The notes under the pieces: model-generated
Databases searched by the model: none
Told to the model about the DNA's origin: nothing
The model's input: the letters and a program-made list of their open reading frames with translations, nothing else
From: an uncultured Planctomycetales bacterium
Lineage (GTDB): Bacteria > Omnitrophota > Gorgyraeia > Zapsychrales > JAHFFX01
Assembly: GCA_964464475.1 (NCBI GenBank)
Contig: CAYXGG010000002.1
Span: forward strand, 93,455-157,454
Direction: 5' to 3'
Length of the DNA: 64,000 nt
Made by a program: the position numbers and the translations under genes
Shown: piece by piece, positions 29,902 to 38,545 of the stretch
Layout: each line of letters opens with the position of its first letter
Position numbering within the stretch: the first letter of the stretch is position 1

Positions 29902-31565
29902 GAGATATTCCCTTCTTTCGACGTTCTACCCTGAGTCAATACATCGGTCGCTAATTCCAAGCGCGACAAACGATGCCAATTATCCCCGTCAAAATAACCG
30001 ATAAACGGAACCCGCATCCCTCCGAGAATCAGACCGCGTTGCGTCTTTTGAGTAGTAAAAAAATATTTGTGCCACGGTACTGGGCCATCCACGAAATGTA
30101 AATCTTTCGGCTTCCAAGGATACTCCTTAAACCGAGAAACCTCACCACTAGGCATAATCTTTTCTTCCCGATTGCCGCAATAAAACAGATGATCCTCACT
30201 CAGATTGCGACGCAAGAACGCAAAATAGCGAGCAACGGACGCAGCGTTCATTTCCTGCATCGAGGCAATGTTGATCGCCAAATCAAAACGAAGCCCCTCC
30301 AGTGCGTCCAGAAATTCCGCGGGAACGAAGACAAAATCCGCCGTGCGAACATCATCCACACTTCTTTTTTGTTCCCAGAGCTGATGCTCTTTGCCGGGAA
30401 AAGCCCTCGTTAAATGCCGCGCCTGAAAAAGCAACGTCTTCCCCAAATCAACCATAAAAATGCGCGATTGGGGAAAAACTATTTTAATCATCCCGGAAAA
30501 AAAACCATAACCGTCGCCAATGTTCAAAACATTGAACCGGCTATTCCTCGCAAAATTCTTTTGAATCAACGCCAATGCGCATAGCTGACGAAAACAATCA
30601 TAAGTAAAATTTAATCCCATCCGGCGTGCGAGCTCTCGCCCCTGAGTCATGAGCCGCGTAAGGCGCCGACGATCGGATAGCTGGACTAAATAACAACCCA
30701 TCGTAGCCCACGAACAAACGCGATAAACCCAGGACGCATTTTCTAAATCGCCAAACCCTTCGCCGTGCAAACGTTCCAATCGATTCGCTGATTTGTGAAT
30801 CTTGACCCGCTGATGAAACTGCTTCCAATGAGAGGAGACCAAATGTTCGGGAGTCTGATTTTCTTCGTAGTAATCGGTAATCAACCGGTGGATGATCTCG
30901 TCATGCCGACGAGTTAAACTGGGGACATGCGATTGAAAATAATCTTTAATATCGGCTAAATCCGCAAACACCGGAGCAGAAACTCCTTTGAGTCTATGAC
31001 TCGGGTCACGACCGACAAAAACGACCCCCGCTTCGCTAGCGGACCGATAGTCTTCGAGGCTATCACCCACAAAAGCAACTTCGGCCGGATCCAGATCGCC
31101 GCGACGCATTATCTCTCTAAGAGCTTCCGTTTTCTTCCAGGGAACAGCGTAAATCCCGCTAAAGAACTTTTCCAACCCTTTTCTTTTTAGAATCCGCGTC
31201 AAATCCCCGACAGGATTAATCGTGGCCAGGTAAAGAGGGACCCTTTGAAAAAAGAATTCCAAGAATTCTTTCACGCCATGGACTAAGGGGCAATCAATAG
31301 TTTTCTGTACGACCAGCTGAGAAAATTTCTGACTTAATTCTGCCTGCAAATGCTCTGAGTACGGCTGTTTTAAAATATGTTCGGCAATAAAACGAAATTT
31401 CTCAAACCTGATGATGGCGTTGTGCGCTCGATGATAAGCCATGATGGCGGGTAACTGAGCCGGATAATCCTTATACAATTCCTCAAACGCCCGGTCTTTA
31501 ATGACCACCGATTCCACAATGACGCCGTCGAAATCGAGCACGATCGCCCGCAACGGAGCATCCAT
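29898..31565 (-). CDS. HAD-superfamily phosphatase fused to a putative sugar O-methyltransferase-like domain
   Basis: N-terminus carries HAD motif I (IVLDFDGVIV), motif III K and motif IV (FVGDSLEDY). The C-terminal ~350 aa carry NVLNIGDGYGFFSG, a class-I methyltransferase-like glycine motif. Start taken at the ATG at 31563-31565 (MDAPLRAIVLDFDG), which is a TAATG overlap; the ORF extends to 31625. Confidence 0.65.
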   Translation of the reverse strand: MDAPLRAIVLDFDGVIVESVVIKDRAFEELYKDYPAQLPAIMAYHRAHNAIIRFEKFRFIAEHILKQPYSEHLQAELSQKFSQLVVQKTIDCPLVHGVKEFLEFFFQRVPLYLATINPVGDLTRILKRKGLEKFFSGIYAVPWKKTEALREIMRRGDLDPAEVAFVGDSLEDYRSASEAGVVFVGRDPSHRLKGVSAPVFADLADIKDYFQSHVPSLTRRHDEIIHRLITDYYEENQTPEHLVSSHWKQFHQRVKIHKSANRLERLHGEGFGDLENASWVYRVCSWATMGCYLVQLSDRRRLTRLMTQGRELARRMGLNFTYDCFRQLCALALIQKNFARNSRFNVLNIGDGYGFFSGMIKIVFPQSRIFMVDLGKTLLFQARHLTRAFPGKEHQLWEQKRSVDDVRTADFVFVPAEFLDALEGLRFDLAINIASMQEMNAASVARYFAFLRRNLSEDHLFYCGNREEKIMPSGEVSRFKEYPWKPKDLHFVDGPVPWHKYFFTTQKTQRGLILGGMRVPFIGYFDGDNWHRLSRLELATDVLTQGRTSKEGNIS

Positions 31566-32362
31566 TAAGCGCGGTTGGCTTTGACCTGCAGCAAGCATTC
31601 TTGAAGTCGCTGTGTCCATTTCCAAAGAACGAAAACATCGGAAGCCAAGACAGTAAACGTATATCCCTTATCAAAAGCCTTTATAATCCCGTCGGTATCC
31701 GGCTCAATCAAATGCGTCCCGACCGATTTCTTATAACGATGACAAGCCTTCAACACGATCTCAGATGCTTCCTGCACCTTCTGATGAGTTAACTGTCCCG
31801 GGATCCCTAATGATCCGGAAATATCATACGGACCAATCATAACGCCATCAATATCCTCAGAATCCAGAATACTATCTATATTCTTCACGGCCTTAACCGA
31901 CTCAATCTGAACGATGACCACCGACGTCTCATTCCAAGTTGAAATATACTTATCAAAATCAAATCCATATCCCTGCGCGCGGGAAATACCAAAGCCTCGC
32001 TTCCCTACCGGAGGATATTTGCACCAGTCAATGATCTCTTTGACTTCGCCCGCCGACGAAACCATTGGGACGATCAAACCATCGGCCCCCGAATCCAGCA
32101 ACCGACGCGTCATTTCCGGATTATGTGACGCGACCCGAGGCAAACATAAGGAGCCATTGGCCTGGCAAGCTGCCACAATCCGCTGGGATTGTTCCTGATC
32201 AATCGTGCTGTGCTCAAGGTCGATACCGATAAAATCAAAACCTGCCCGAGTAAAGATTTCCGTGATGGAAGGATGCGCGAAGGAGTTCCAGCCCGCAAAC
32301 ACACGTTCACGGTTACGCATTTTGTTTTTAAGTAGTTGTCTTCGGGATATTAATTCTTTCAT
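31565..32362 (-). CDS. HpcH/HpaI-family aldolase (2-keto-3-deoxy-acid aldolase type)
   Basis: FIGIDLEHSTIDQEQ...LIVPMVSSAGEVKEIID gives the HpcH/HpaI TIM-barrel pattern. Confidence 0.75.
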   Translation of the reverse strand: MKELISRRQLLKNKMRNRERVFAGWNSFAHPSITEIFTRAGFDFIGIDLEHSTIDQEQSQRIVAACQANGSLCLPRVASHNPEMTRRLLDSGADGLIVPMVSSAGEVKEIIDWCKYPPVGKRGFGISRAQGYGFDFDKYISTWNETSVVIVQIESVKAVKNIDSILDSEDIDGVMIGPYDISGSLGIPGQLTHQKVQEASEIVLKACHRYKKSVGTHLIEPDTDGIIKAFDKGYTFTVLASDVFVLWKWTQRLQECLLQVKANRA

Positions 32363-33078
32363 TATTTTCTTTTGGGAGCGGGTGTCGAGGCCTGAGCTAG
32401 CGATTCTCCCTTGGCAGCGTCATCTAAAAACATTTGGACGGTCTCTTTCGAGTAAGGGTGCACGATCATACCATCCAGGAAAGAAGGAATGACCGTAACA
32501 ATATGCGAGCCGGCTTCCAGCCATTCAATAACGTTAATGACCTCACGAGTGGAGGCAAGAATAATTTGCGATTTCAGCTCATACGCGTCCAATAACTTAC
32601 GCAATTTGCGAATTTCCTCAATACAGTTATAACCCATGTTATTGACACGGCCACCCAGCATGGACACATACGACGCTCCCGCAAGAGCGGCGAGAAAACA
32701 TTGCTGCGCACTCATCATGGCGGTCACGTTGATGCGCACGTCATGCTTGGTTTCCAATTCATGAATGACTTCCAGATTGTCCAGTTCGCCTTTGGGACCG
32801 TGAATCGTAATTTTTACGGTAATATTTTTCGCCCAGCCGGCAATATCCAAAGCCTGTTTAAGCATTTCTTTCTTATCATTAGTTGTGACTTCCACAGATA
32901 GCGGATAAGGATGAATGAATTCCGCAATCTCAACGGTACGGGCCTTAATGCCCTTCATGCCCCCCGTCACCCCTTCTTTTAGGAGAATCGAAGGATTGGT
33001 CGTGACCCCGCGAATGATGCCCATACGATGATATTTTTTGATTAAATCCAAGTTGCCGGTGTCTAAAAAAATAGCCAT
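32362..33078 (-). CDS. fructose-6-phosphate aldolase / transaldolase-family protein
   Basis: MAIFLDTGNLDLIKKY...GVTTNPSIL gives the Tal/FSA signature; 238 aa is the short FSA/TalC size. Confidence 0.85.
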   Translation of the reverse strand: MAIFLDTGNLDLIKKYHRMGIIRGVTTNPSILLKEGVTGGMKGIKARTVEIAEFIHPYPLSVEVTTNDKKEMLKQALDIAGWAKNITVKITIHGPKGELDNLEVIHELETKHDVRINVTAMMSAQQCFLAALAGASYVSMLGGRVNNMGYNCIEEIRKLRKLLDAYELKSQIILASTREVINVIEWLEAGSHIVTVIPSFLDGMIVHPYSKETVQMFLDDAAKGESLAQASTPAPKRK

Positions 33079-33099
33079 TGGTTCTCCTGATTGATCACA

Positions 33100-33146
33100 A
33101 AATTCTAAGGACTAAACTCTAAAAAACACAAAATTTAGTCCTTAAG
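33100..33146 (-). terminator. hairpin spanning the stop codon of the SIS-isomerase gene, followed by a U tract and a ribosome-binding site (candidate internal terminator/attenuator)
   Basis: Inverted repeat of about 12 bp, CTAAGGACTAAA (33105-33116) and TTTAGTCCTTAAG (33133-33145), with a 16-nt loop. On the minus strand it is followed by AAUUUUGUG, then AGGAGA and the AUG at 33078. Confidence 0.35.
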
Positions 33147-33771
33147 GTTTAGAATTTATTCTCTCTCTTTTTTCCTGGGCGACATGCTCCCATTTATTCG
33201 ACATCTGCATGATACGGGGATCACAGACGATCAGATGCCAAATCACCGCGGCAAAACTTTCCGCGTGCGGCGTTACGGTCGCCGGATTCACGGTCGGAAC
33301 CACAACACAGGCATCAGCCACTTGAGCTGTAAATCCCCCATCGCGGCCGACCACTCCCATGATTTTCGCCTGCTGCGCTTTCGCATATTCCAATGCGTAA
33401 ACAAGGTTGGCGCTAATATTCTTCTCCTTACTACCCCCACCGACAGAAAAAACTATGACGCCATCTTGGGCACAGAGACCGGAAGTTTTAAGCCAGCCCG
33501 CAAAAACGGTTTCCCACCCTTCATCATTCGTACGCGCAGTCAACTCGGAAACGTTATCCACCGGGGAGTAAGCTTCAAAACCAGCTATCTTACGAAAATC
33601 ATTGACGGCGTGAGAGCAATTACCGGCGCTTCCGCCCACGCCCAAGAAAAACAAACGCCCCTTTTTCTCGCGAATTTCCAACAACAGCCTAATCATCTTT
33701 TCTACCACGGCCTGGTCAATCTGGCGGATAATCGCGACCGCCTCCTGCAAATACTGTTCCACATGATTCAT
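33142..33771 (-). CDS. SIS-domain sugar-phosphate isomerase (GmhA/phosphoheptose isomerase-like)
   Basis: LFFLGVGGSAGNCSHAVNDF ... VFSVGGGS; single SIS domain, 209 aa. Confidence 0.8.
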   Translation of the reverse strand: MNHVEQYLQEAVAIIRQIDQAVVEKMIRLLLEIREKKGRLFFLGVGGSAGNCSHAVNDFRKIAGFEAYSPVDNVSELTARTNDEGWETVFAGWLKTSGLCAQDGVIVFSVGGGSKEKNISANLVYALEYAKAQQAKIMGVVGRDGGFTAQVADACVVVPTVNPATVTPHAESFAAVIWHLIVCDPRIMQMSNKWEHVAQEKRERINSKP

Positions 33772-34796
33772 GTTGATGACCCCTTTTTACGCAGCACGAC
33801 CCGACAATACGAACTCATTAAACCTGTTTGTAAAAACTCCTGAAACGCCCGACGCACTTCGACGTCTTTGCGAGACAACAAACTTTTGACAAAACGCGGC
33901 AATTCAATCTTAGAATCATCTTTAACCGCCCGAGCCACGATTTCAACATCCAGCACACCCGGAGTGCTCAACTCAATACATTCAAAACCGTGACGGTCAA
34001 CCAAAGCGCGCAAACCTTCAACAGAGAAAACATTCATCCGATCCGGAGGATAAAGATTCTCCGCCTGGTCCCATAACACTTGAATATCAAAACCGGTCGC
34101 CACAATCGCCGTCAAGAAAACCAAGCCCTGTGGACGAAGCATTTCTTTAATTTTCTTAAATAATACGTCGGGTTGGGCACTGCGATCCGCGACTTCAAAA
34201 ACAGAAATCACATCCACCGCGTCTTTTAAATCCACTTCCCACCATGGAGCCTCCCACACATGACCCCCGTCAATATCTTTAAGTTTCGGAATTTTAACAA
34301 AAGGGTTAATTAACGTCTTGCGGGAGAAATTCTCCGCGTGAGCGAGCTCTTCGAGATAACCCCACTGATTGGTATTGATATCCGCAAAATGCTTGGCGGC
34401 CGGAAAATATTCCTGAGTCGACTCAACGATCCATTGAAAACGAGGTTTGATAATTTTCTCGTCACGTTTTTTCTTGGTCGCGTTGGATAGCTCCTCTCGC
34501 CAAAAAACGCGTGACGGCGCCGCATGATAAAACTCATTAATGGTTTTCTCATCCGGCCGGGGCGAAATAAATAACGTATGACAACTCTGGCAAGAACAAT
34601 AAGACAAACCTAATTTCTTAAAAGCCGGTTCAAATCGATTCGAAAAACAGGCAGGGCACAAACATTCTTCCAAACTCTTACTTTTCAGAAAAAACTTAGC
34701 GACGTCCTCACGGGTTAAATCTATATACTCCTTGATCAATCCGGAGGGCTTCAGATCAATCTCACGATACTCGTCAAAGACGACAATGTTCTTCAT
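33768..34796 (-). CDS. class I SAM-dependent methyltransferase with N-terminal Cys4 zinc-ribbon (sugar C-/O-methyltransferase-like)
   Basis: CPACFSNRF...CSCQSCHTLF zinc ribbon, then a Rossmann-like methyltransferase core (GLVFLTAIVATGFDIQ). Confidence 0.5.
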   Translation of the reverse strand: MKNIVVFDEYREIDLKPSGLIKEYIDLTREDVAKFFLKSKSLEECLCPACFSNRFEPAFKKLGLSYCSCQSCHTLFISPRPDEKTINEFYHAAPSRVFWREELSNATKKKRDEKIIKPRFQWIVESTQEYFPAAKHFADINTNQWGYLEELAHAENFSRKTLINPFVKIPKLKDIDGGHVWEAPWWEVDLKDAVDVISVFEVADRSAQPDVLFKKIKEMLRPQGLVFLTAIVATGFDIQVLWDQAENLYPPDRMNVFSVEGLRALVDRHGFECIELSTPGVLDVEIVARAVKDDSKIELPRFVKSLLSRKDVEVRRAFQEFLQTGLMSSYCRVVLRKKGSST

Positions 34797-35823
34797 TAAT
34801 TTTTCCTAGGGTGTGGGACTGTTGAGCGGCGTCCGCGTAAGCACGATCGATGAGTTCCATGACGCGCAGGGCATCCTCTGAGGAGCTGACGGTGACCGGC
34901 TTCTTTTCTTTAATACATTTAACAAACTCTTCCACTTCCAAATCCCAAGACAGATCTCGGTCAAAGTAAGTTACTTCCTCGGAGGGATTTCCGACTGCTT
35001 CCGTTTCATCTTCAAATTGCCGTCGGCCAACGATCAGTTTTTCCCGTCCATAGCTGCCGGTTTTGGAAAGCAACCCTTCCACAACTAAATAGCCTTCCTC
35101 TAACGTAATAAAAATTGAAAACGTATGTTTCCACATCGTCGCCGAGGAATGCAGGCACGCGCTTTGCGATTTCTTATTATGCAAAATCACGAACGCATTA
35201 TCTTCCATGGAAAATTTCCAGTAAGTATTCGCGGTAAAACACTTAACGAACTCAAAATCACCGCATAGATAGCGAAACAAATCCAGCATGTGAATTCCTT
35301 GATCCAACAAAATCCCGCCGCCGGAGATGTCCTTGTCATTGCGCCAGGATTTATTAAAATTTTTGCCGCCGGATTTCCCGTAAATCCCACGAACGTTAAT
35401 GATTTTGCCAAAACGCCCGCTTTCGATAATGACTTTAGCTTTAATAATTCCGGGATGAAAACGATGATTGAACCCGAACATAAGCCGCGTGCGAGACGTT
35501 TCGTACTTGATAATATTACGGATATCTTCAACGTGGCAACCCGGAGGTTTTTCACAAAAGACATGTTTGCCGGCCTGCATGGCCTTGATGCAGAAATCAG
35601 GAGAATATCGATTAGGGGTACAGACAAAAATGATGTCAGGAGAAGCGGCTAAAAGCTCATCAAAAGAAGCAAAGGCAGGACAACCAGAAATTTTTTGCAG
35701 CGTAGTTGACTGTGTATCGCAAATACCAACCAACGAAAGGTCCGGATTGCGCTCAATAACGCCACGGCGTATTTCGCCCATATAGCCGTACCCAATAATG
35801 CCGCATTTAAGTTGTTTATTCAT
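34774..35823 (-). CDS. Gfo/Idh/MocA-family NAD(P)-dependent oxidoreductase
   Basis: LKCGIIGYGYMGEIR N-terminal Rossmann motif plus EKP and a C-terminal GFH-domain pattern. Confidence 0.85.
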   Translation of the reverse strand: MNKQLKCGIIGYGYMGEIRRGVIERNPDLSLVGICDTQSTTLQKISGCPAFASFDELLAASPDIIFVCTPNRYSPDFCIKAMQAGKHVFCEKPPGCHVEDIRNIIKYETSRTRLMFGFNHRFHPGIIKAKVIIESGRFGKIINVRGIYGKSGGKNFNKSWRNDKDISGGGILLDQGIHMLDLFRYLCGDFEFVKCFTANTYWKFSMEDNAFVILHNKKSQSACLHSSATMWKHTFSIFITLEEGYLVVEGLLSKTGSYGREKLIVGRRQFEDETEAVGNPSEEVTYFDRDLSWDLEVEEFVKCIKEKKPVTVSSSEDALRVMELIDRAYADAAQQSHTLGKINEEHCRL

Positions 35824-35837
35824 AAGCCTCTACGATT

Positions 35838-35962
35838 ATCCCAAATTTTGCAATAGAAGCCCTTTTCTCAACCTGAGAAGCTAGCACAAAAAGTGCTTCC
35901 AAAATTTGGGATTACCCCGCCAAAGGCGGCCCTTTGGGCGGATTTTGCTAATGCAAAATCCG
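35838..35962. promoter_or_regulatory. cluster of dyad-symmetric elements in the divergent intergenic region (candidate operator/RNA structure)
   Basis: Three elements: ATCCCAAATTTTG...GAAGC (35838-35860) is inverted at GCTTCCAAAATTTGGGAT (35895-35912); paired mini-hairpins CCGCCAAAGGCGG and GCCCTTTGGGC lie at 35917-35939; a perfect 10-bp palindrome CGGATTTTGC-TAAT-GCAAAATCCG lies at 35939-35962. Confidence 0.35.
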
Positions 35963-36217
35963 GGATTAATCTTTCTTAGAAAAACGGGGGCCATTTTAAC
36001 ACAATTTTCGGGGAAGGAATAGTTTTTATTCTTTATCGATAGGGTCAAATCAAGCCGCCTTTCCTGATGCGCGTTTCTAGAGGAACTCCCCTTTGCTCGA
36101 TATTTCTCAAATATTTTGATTGACCTTGTTAGACTCAAAACGAAGCGGGAACTACTGCCAGGAATAGCTCTCCTCGCTCCACCCCCTATAGGACTAAACA
36201 AAAAAAGCAGAAGGCCA

Positions 36218-36246
36218 TTGACTTATCCTTTCCCTAAAATTACTAT
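36218..36246 (+). promoter_or_regulatory. possible promoter for the plus-strand SRPBCC gene (TTGACT-N17-TACTAT)
   Basis: TTGACT at 36218-36223 and TACTAT at 36241-36246. The ATG at 36255 has no Shine-Dalgarno sequence, so the transcript may be leaderless. Confidence 0.25.
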
Positions 36247-36254
36247 CCTCAATC

Positions 36255-36722
36255 ATGGTCTATTGCTTTCGGCAAAAACAACATCTTTCCCTTTCTGTAG
36301 AGAAGGCCTGGGATTTCTTCTCTAATCCGGCCAATTTGGCCACGATTACGCCACCCAAACTTAATTTTCAAATTACCAGCGAACTGCCCGAAGGAATTTA
36401 TGCCGGCCTCATCATCACTTACCACGTGACTCCCCTTTTTGGAATTCCCTTATCCTGGACGACAGAGATCACGCAATGCCGTAAGCCTGACTACTTTGTC
36501 GATTATCAGCTGTCCGGACCTTACAAAATCTGGCACCATCAGCATCACTTTCGTCCGCTGCCGTCCGGCGTTGAAATGGTAGACATCGTTTATTATGAAA
36601 TTGGCTATGGGTGGCTTGATCCGGTTTTAAACCGCTTGGTGATCGGCCCGCAATTAAACCACATCTTTGCTTACCGGAAGAAAATTTTAATGGAGAAATT
36701 TGGCCTAGCGACTCGGCCCTAG
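36255..36722 (+). CDS. SRPBCC-family ligand-binding domain protein (COG4276-like)
   Basis: 155 aa. KIWHHQHHFRP motif and a length typical of the START/Bet v1-like SRPBCC family. Only plus-strand gene in the window; its stop overlaps the convergent stop of 36719-38545 (CTAG). Confidence 0.65.
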   Translation: MVYCFRQKQHLSLSVEKAWDFFSNPANLATITPPKLNFQITSELPEGIYAGLIITYHVTPLFGIPLSWTTEITQCRKPDYFVDYQLSGPYKIWHHQHHFRPLPSGVEMVDIVYYEIGYGWLDPVLNRLVIGPQLNHIFAYRKKILMEKFGLATRP

Positions 36723-38545
36723 ACTAAAAATTGGGCCATCGCCGCATCCGTAACCGGTAGGAAATATCGTCCCAGATAAGCTTTAGCGTTGGCCCGGCGG
36801 CGTTCAAACTCGATCGCCGGCAACTGATCAATCGTTTGTAAAACCTGAACAAAATCGTCGCGCTCAGTCACCGTCCACTTCAAATCAGGGCATTGAAACA
36901 ATGGGTCATAACTAAGCATATGACCCATGTCAAAATTGATCAACGGCTTACCAACAGATAAGGCTTCCAACGCTCCCGTACTGCCCCAATACACCACCAC
37001 ATCGGACCACTTGATATCGTCCACAATAGAGGTTTCTTGAGACAAACGAAAATCTTTTCCCAGTTTAAATTCGGAGTCCAAGTTTCCGACAAAAGCGTTT
37101 AAAGGCAACGTCGGGTGCGTGCGCAACAATACCTCATATCCCTTCGTACCGCGCAGACCGCGCAAGCAATAGTTGACCAGCTTCGCGACATCAGCAACAC
37201 CCTCCAACATTAAAAGAATTCTAGAGATCGGCCTGCGAGGCTCCACGGGAAGATTTAACAAATATTCAAATCTCAGTCCGCCGGCCGCCACGACTTTCTG
37301 AGGCGCGACCGCACTGTACTGAAGAATGATGCGTCGGGTCTCCTCACCCACGGTTAAAATTTTATCAGGACCCGGAGTGATATCTCGATCCCGCCGGCTG
37401 ACAAACATGCCGGCCGCCGCTTGCGGAACCACCGTATGCTGGTACCCGGCAATAGCTACTGGCTTACCGGAATCTCGAGCAGCCAGAATACACATCCGTT
37501 CCCAGGGATTATTTTCATAAGTCAATAATAACTGACTGACCGGGATATTTTGCAACACTCGCGTCATCACCTGATAGTGCACGTACTGATACAACTGGAC
37601 TTTATATCGGGTGCGGTTTAGTTCCGCGTTAATCAATGCTTGCACATTAAAACCGTAGAAATCAACCTTTTCATCCAGCTTAATTCGATAAAAAAATAAT
37701 TCCCAGGCCGCAACCACCAGCTCCCCCAAAGTTAGAAAAAACTCGATGGGAAAGATGTTGGCGTTAGGACACTGACGCATTTTCTCCAAGCAGGGACCGT
37801 AATCGCCAAAAACAAACGCCAAAAACAAACAGGATCGCTGCTTTTTCAAGAATTCCGGCAATTGTCCAAAGAATACATCGCCGTAGCTGCCGTCCGGACG
37901 GAAAGAATGGTTATAGACAAAGGTTTTGATGACGTGCGCGTTATCCCCCGCCGACGTCCTGGCCTGTTGCCAGCGATCTTGCAAAGCTCTTCTCGCCTGA
38001 ATTCCCTTCCAGGAGATGGTAAGAACATCTTTTAGTAATGATCCTGCCCGTCGAACAATAGCAGCGATCATCTCCCTTATCTGCGCCAGTTCGTCAGTCA
38101 CGAGTTCAACCGTGATGCCTCGCTTCACCAAAGCTTCTCGTAATGTCTCCAGTAATACCCCGGGGACCTCTGGCACCAACAAACAATCATAGGTTTCTTT
38201 CTGAGCCACTTCGAGGATCATCCAGAATTCTTGCAGCAGGTGAGAATACCGCGATAAAAAACGATTCTTGGAAGAGAGGTCCGTTGCCCACCAGCGTCGA
38301 CTGGAGAACCGTTGATTCAACGCCCCCAGCAAATCCACGTACTCGCTACAAAATCGGTCTCGTTCTTCTAAGCTAATGGGACCAAAATGAAGACACTGCC
38401 ATTCTTCTCCCAAACACTCGGCAACATTTATTTTTGAAGACCGCGCGGGCGGCAAAAAATATTTCTTGTGCGTGGCGTGACGAGGAACAACTCTTTTCGC
38501 GATCGTAAGTAGGACCCCTTCCTGCACCAAAACAACTTTAGACAT
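36719..38545 (-). CDS. large hypothetical protein with GT-B-type C-terminal motif (candidate glycosyl/ulosonate transferase)
   Basis: About 608 aa from the MSKVV start. The C-terminal YWGSTGALEALSVGKPLI resembles the GT-B donor-binding G-x-G-T-x-x-E-A-x-x-x-G-x-P motif. Paralogous to the upstream gene. Confidence 0.45.
   Translation of the reverse strand: MSKVVLVQEGVLLTIAKRVVPRHATHKKYFLPPARSSKINVAECLGEEWQCLHFGPISLEERDRFCSEYVDLLGALNQRFSSRRWWATDLSSKNRFLSRYSHLLQEFWMILEVAQKETYDCLLVPEVPGVLLETLREALVKRGITVELVTDELAQIREMIAAIVRRAGSLLKDVLTISWKGIQARRALQDRWQQARTSAGDNAHVIKTFVYNHSFRPDGSYGDVFFGQLPEFLKKQRSCLFLAFVFGDYGPCLEKMRQCPNANIFPIEFFLTLGELVVAAWELFFYRIKLDEKVDFYGFNVQALINAELNRTRYKVQLYQYVHYQVMTRVLQNIPVSQLLLTYENNPWERMCILAARDSGKPVAIAGYQHTVVPQAAAGMFVSRRDRDITPGPDKILTVGEETRRIILQYSAVAPQKVVAAGGLRFEYLLNLPVEPRRPISRILLMLEGVADVAKLVNYCLRGLRGTKGYEVLLRTHPTLPLNAFVGNLDSEFKLGKDFRLSQETSIVDDIKWSDVVVYWGSTGALEALSVGKPLINFDMGHMLSYDPLFQCPDLKWTVTERDDFVQVLQTIDQLPAIEFERRRANAKAYLGRYFLPVTDAAMAQFLV

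Noticed and set aside
33184-33843. 219-aa plus-strand ORF
   Set aside because: It lies entirely antisense to the SIS-isomerase gene, which has clear GmhA motifs. Its translation is low-complexity and R/H-rich, typical of antisense shadow ORFs.
35881-36201. 106-aa minus-strand ORF in the divergent intergenic region
   Set aside because: R/K/G-rich composition with no motif, and no ribosome-binding site. It spans the palindromic regulatory elements, so it is more likely a non-coding regulatory region.
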